The notes beneath the pieces were generated by a model. That model was not told the origin of the DNA and did not search any database. It saw nothing but the letters and a program-made list of their open reading frames with translations. This document shows, piece after piece, positions 59,769 to 64,000 of a DNA stretch of 64,000 bases. The stretch comes from Lingula anatina (taxonomy: Eukaryota > Animalia > Brachiopoda). The stretch is from assembly GCA_051362555.1 (NCBI GenBank), contig CM120641.1, positions 25,488,401 to 25,552,400 of the forward strand, written 5' to 3'. Each line of letters starts with the position of its first letter. Within the stretch, counting starts at the first letter, position 1. The position numbers and the translations under genes are program-made.

Positions 59769-61288
59769 TAATTGACGAGTTCACCAGATTAGCATTTTTT
59801 TTCATTTTGCCACAGAAAAGAATTTGATTTCGTACGGCAAAGCTTAGTTTGAGGCTAACTTGCCATCTACAATATCTCAGGTCAGAAAGGCAGATACGTA
59901 TTTTAATTTTTTCTGTTAGATATTCTAGTTCTGGACCAGGTCACTGTTCCACGCTTAAGACAATTCATAAAGGCCAAAGAAAAACGTAATTGTAACTTCA
60001 GAATAAGAGATGTGCCAAAACGCCACTCAAAATATAGCATTATAGGGTTCATTATTTTTATAGTACTTTTAGATATAATACACCAGAAGAGAAAAAATGT
60101 GTATTTTTTCATCAAAACGCCATTTCCTACAACTCACCTTGTAATTTCACCTGTCTGAACTAAGCTTCTACCTGTCCCGGACAGTCGGACAGTTCTTAGT
60201 GCCCAGCCCTGAGGTGTGACATTTTCTTTTTATCCGAGTACCAACCAGATTCTGTCATCACGTCTGTTTAGATAATGAGGTATTTCTATAATTGGGACAG
60301 GAGATTTCCAGTTATGCTGGAAACTATGAGCGTCTAATCCAATCTGATCAATAAAATGTAATTTTGAATCTATTTCCAATGGTGTTTATTTCATTAAAAG
60401 ATAATTTTAACTTTGATATAGCCGTTTAATTTATTTCCTCTCGGCTTAAGCAGAACCACGGAACGCGCTGAAATGAAGTTTCGCACTGATTATAATGTTT
60501 AAAGAGCAGAATTGCAAGGGGAAGGTGCGTCTGTAAAGTCATCATTTAACAATTTTAATTGATCTCCTGGCCGCTGCCTCATCCAAATACATGTCGTCCC
60601 CCAATGCAAATATTAATATTAAAACAGACGCGATAAGTCTGTACACAATAAGAGACCTTAAAAAATGCAATATGCAATACAATATTTATAAGTGCCGCAT
60701 GGTCCTCAAAGAGGGAAGAACATTTAAATAAATCAGCACCTTCGTGCACCGATTCCAGCAATGTTTTCTCAATATTACCACGTGCACGGTGGTTCACATT
60801 TAGCATGGATATAATGAAATGAGACAGGCACTTATCATGGCTTGCCGTGACGCTTTTTATCCCCTAGCGATGGACGTGATATAGGCCGTTTCTCATCACA
60901 TCATTATTTTAAGGGATAGAAAATTAAAAGGGGCCACCTCAGAAGCAAAGGAGTGTATTTATGTTATAAAACTAATGTACTCATTCACACAAAATCATTC
61001 TTACAAGATAGTAAATAAAGATTAAACTGTTTAAAAGCAATTTTCAACCTAAATATCCCTGTCGCATTTTGACTTTTTTGGAGACAAATGTTCACAGTAC
61101 TTAGATTTTGTTGTCGAAATGTTTAACGTCATGTTTCAAAATTTCTGAAGAATACTGATATTTATACTGATATATTTATCTATTACTTTGCTTCTTTTTA
61201 TGTGTTAATTATTACTTCATTGAGTGGTATTGGAAAAACAATTTAAATGCCTACACTGCAGGTCCATTTACTGCTACTTCAATAAGTA

Positions 61289-61290
61289 AG

Positions 61291-61333
<43 letters not shown>
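61289..61333. repeat. (TAAA)n microsatellite
   Basis: About 11 tetranucleotide units. Confidence 0.95.
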
Positions 61334-62563
61334 CAATGATGTGGGGCATATAATTTTATTCATTTTAAAATTGCATTGTTGTGTTGATAACAAATGGCAT
61401 GTCCTTTTCCTCCAGCATTTAAGATTTAAGTACACTGACTCAAAGTTCAACTAGCAGTCAAATTCATAACCAACATCTCTTCAGATGGCACATGCTCCTC
61501 TTGAGTAAACACTGACCAGCTTAAAGTTAACTAAAAGCTCAAAGAAGACTAGGAATATAATCCTCAAGGAGAGAAAATATGTCAAAGGCATTTTACCCAA
61601 CTGTCAGGTATATCACGCCAAATTGCATTGATCAGTTGCAAAAGACAAATTGGTAAAATCTGTGAAAATATCACACACAGCAACTAAACATTAATTAAAT
61701 ATCATCTACAATATCTATGTTATCAAGATAAATTATATAGAATATACTTGGAAGGAAGTCGTCTAATTTGTACTGGAAGTCATTACAATAGTAAATCTTT
61801 TTTCTTTTGTTTTTTTTTCTATTTGTATGTGTGAGTGTAGAGTAACTAGAAAAAAAGTTGTTTCAATTTTAGTGTGAAATAAAAGAAGCATTTGTAACTC
61901 ATTACCCTATACATCTTCTCTAATCTTATTCTAGCTTGTTATTCTTTCATAGTACTAGGTAACAAATGAAATATAGAAAATACATGTGTTATTTTAAAAT
62001 TGGCAATATTAACCATTTTGACAGGTTTTACTTGAAGGGAATGTACATATTATTCAATGCTCTACAAAGGTAATGGAAAATTACAAATCCTAAAAAATTG
62101 TCCTTTTTAAATATATATATATCTCCTTAATAATAAATACAAATTATATAAAAATATTGACTGTGGATTTCAATAATCTCAGAATGTGCTATTATACAAT
62201 CCAGTGGCATTGCTCCACTAGGTTCCAATACATTACAAAATTCAAACAATCTTTTGGCTTCGCTTATCACCAGTAAAAGTCAAGGATATAACAACTTGAA
62301 AATTCATGTATTGTTTTATGTTTAAAGTCCTTTTCTGTTAAGAGTCCTATTAAAATGCAATCATTAAGATGATATTTTTTTTAAAAAACCATTCCCATGA
62401 ATCTCTTCATATTAATATTTCACATTCATTGAGTCCTATTGGACCATTCGTCCTCAATTAAAATTATGATAGAAACATAGAGCATAAATCACTTTCTGAC
62501 ACTAAAGGTGTTTTCAGTAACCTCTATGCAAGTCCTAAGTCCAAAGAATGACCCTTGGTTTTA

Positions 62564-63764
62564 TTACAACCTTGTGCTGTAAGCATTGTCTGGCATTTCC
62601 TTATCTTCTGCCAGTGGAAGTGGAACCTGCCCTTCACTGGAATGCAGAATATTCTGCCCATAACGAGAAGCACCCTTGCCGCCATGCTGAGGGTAGAATC
62701 CTACTTCGTATGCCTTGTTATCAAATGATTGGTTGCCTCTCGGGGCTGCGTAAATGTGGGACTTCAAATTTTCCTCATCACCAACTTCCTCGATGATCAC
62801 TCCATCTGTCTGCTGCTCGGCAAATCCGATAAACACCTGGAAATACAGGGCAAGTAAGATTGTTTACAAGCACCAAGTGCATGGAGATAATCTAAAAATT
62901 ATAACAGTGTACAAACACTTTCTTCGCAAAACCATGTAGATATTTTAATTCACAAAATAATATAAGCATCCAGAAGCAACCCATTTCACTAAAAATAAAT
63001 GGCTTTTGGTTATCTTTACCTGGTCCAATGTTGTCTGTGAAAGAGAGTAATCTTCTATCCACAGTCTCTCCCTCTCACTCTCAATAATTCCAAAGATGAA
63101 CGACAGTTTGGCAACCTCAGATGGAATGTGGAACTCCAGCAAGTTACCATGTTGGCCCTTTAAGACAGACAAATTGAAAAATTATTTTTTAAAAGATACC
63201 TCCTCATGTATGACTTACTTTACATGTTAACTGCATCCTGTCTCCTTAACACACAGTAAGGGAATACTTATCACAGGCTTTTTGCCTGAATAGCTTACAG
63301 AAAATTTAACAAAAAAAAAAGTGGTCACATAAGATGGTCTACATGTATCGAATTACCAGGCTGTCTTTTAAAATTAAACCGATCAGCATCTCTTTTATAT
63401 GCCAATACAATTGCAGCCTTCTACAACAACCAGGACACTTCCCTGGAAAGTCTTTCTTTTCACCAAAAATATCTTAGACTACTACAAACTCTTAAGCAAC
63501 AGATGACCACTTTACCTTGAGTGCCACTCCTGGGAAAGTTCCCTGAACAAAGTCAATGACAGAGCCAAGGTCGGGAAGACCATTATCCTGGTAAGCCACG
63601 CGGACCTTCATGATGTATCCAGTGCCATATTTACTTTTCAGATGTTGAGGACTGCCCAGACACTTAAACTGTCCATTGACCATGATGGCCAAACGAGTAC
63701 ACAGAGTGTCACACTCCGCCATACTGTGGGATGTTAGCAAAACTGAGCGATCCTCCTTCACAAC
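62564..63764 (-). CDS. ABC transporter subfamily A, last three exons; gene continues beyond the window
   Basis: Exons 63764-63516, 63157-63020 and 62836-62564. [42 protein letters not shown] (NBD2 H-loop) and [19 protein letters not shown] are ABCA hallmarks. Ends YSTRL*. Confidence 0.95.
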
Positions 63765-64000
63765 CTAAAAAGGGAGATAAATGTTACAGGTATCAGGAGA
63801 TGTTGCATATTAACCATAAACCCATTAAATGATTTTGAAGGAACTTTTAAATAATTTGATGGTCTTTGTGTATGATATACTCATTGACATATGTGCCATT
63901 TTGTTTCTTGTTCTGGCTTTAGTATCTGGTTTAGGTACAATCAGTTCTGACAAAGGCCTGAGCTGCCATTCTATATCTGGTTTTAGTACATTTAGTTCAG

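Overview
Eukaryotic, intron-rich, AT-rich genomic DNA from an invertebrate metazoan, probably a marine lophotrochozoan or similar (inferred from repeat types and CpG pattern). Five spliced protein-coding genes can be rebuilt from GT-AG exons: the 3' part of an SLC16/MCT transporter (+, 163-2975), a complete CCDC33-like C2/coiled-coil gene (-, 5223-24206), a complete Polycomb chromobox gene (-, 29124-37187), a complete astacin metalloprotease with a (TGGG)12 linker and three ShKT domains (+, 55578-59768), and the 3' end of an ABCA transporter (-, 62564-63764). Introns and the ~18 kb gene-free stretch hold a 3.65 kb non-autonomous Helentron with a ~146 bp higher-order tandem array rich in nuclear-receptor motifs, several MITEs, a decayed LINE fragment, local tandem duplications and an orphan copy of a ShK exon. 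CpG-depleted and CpG-retaining domains alternate along the window. No prokaryotic features are present, and I found no clear-cut new biological system. All coordinates were read by eye.
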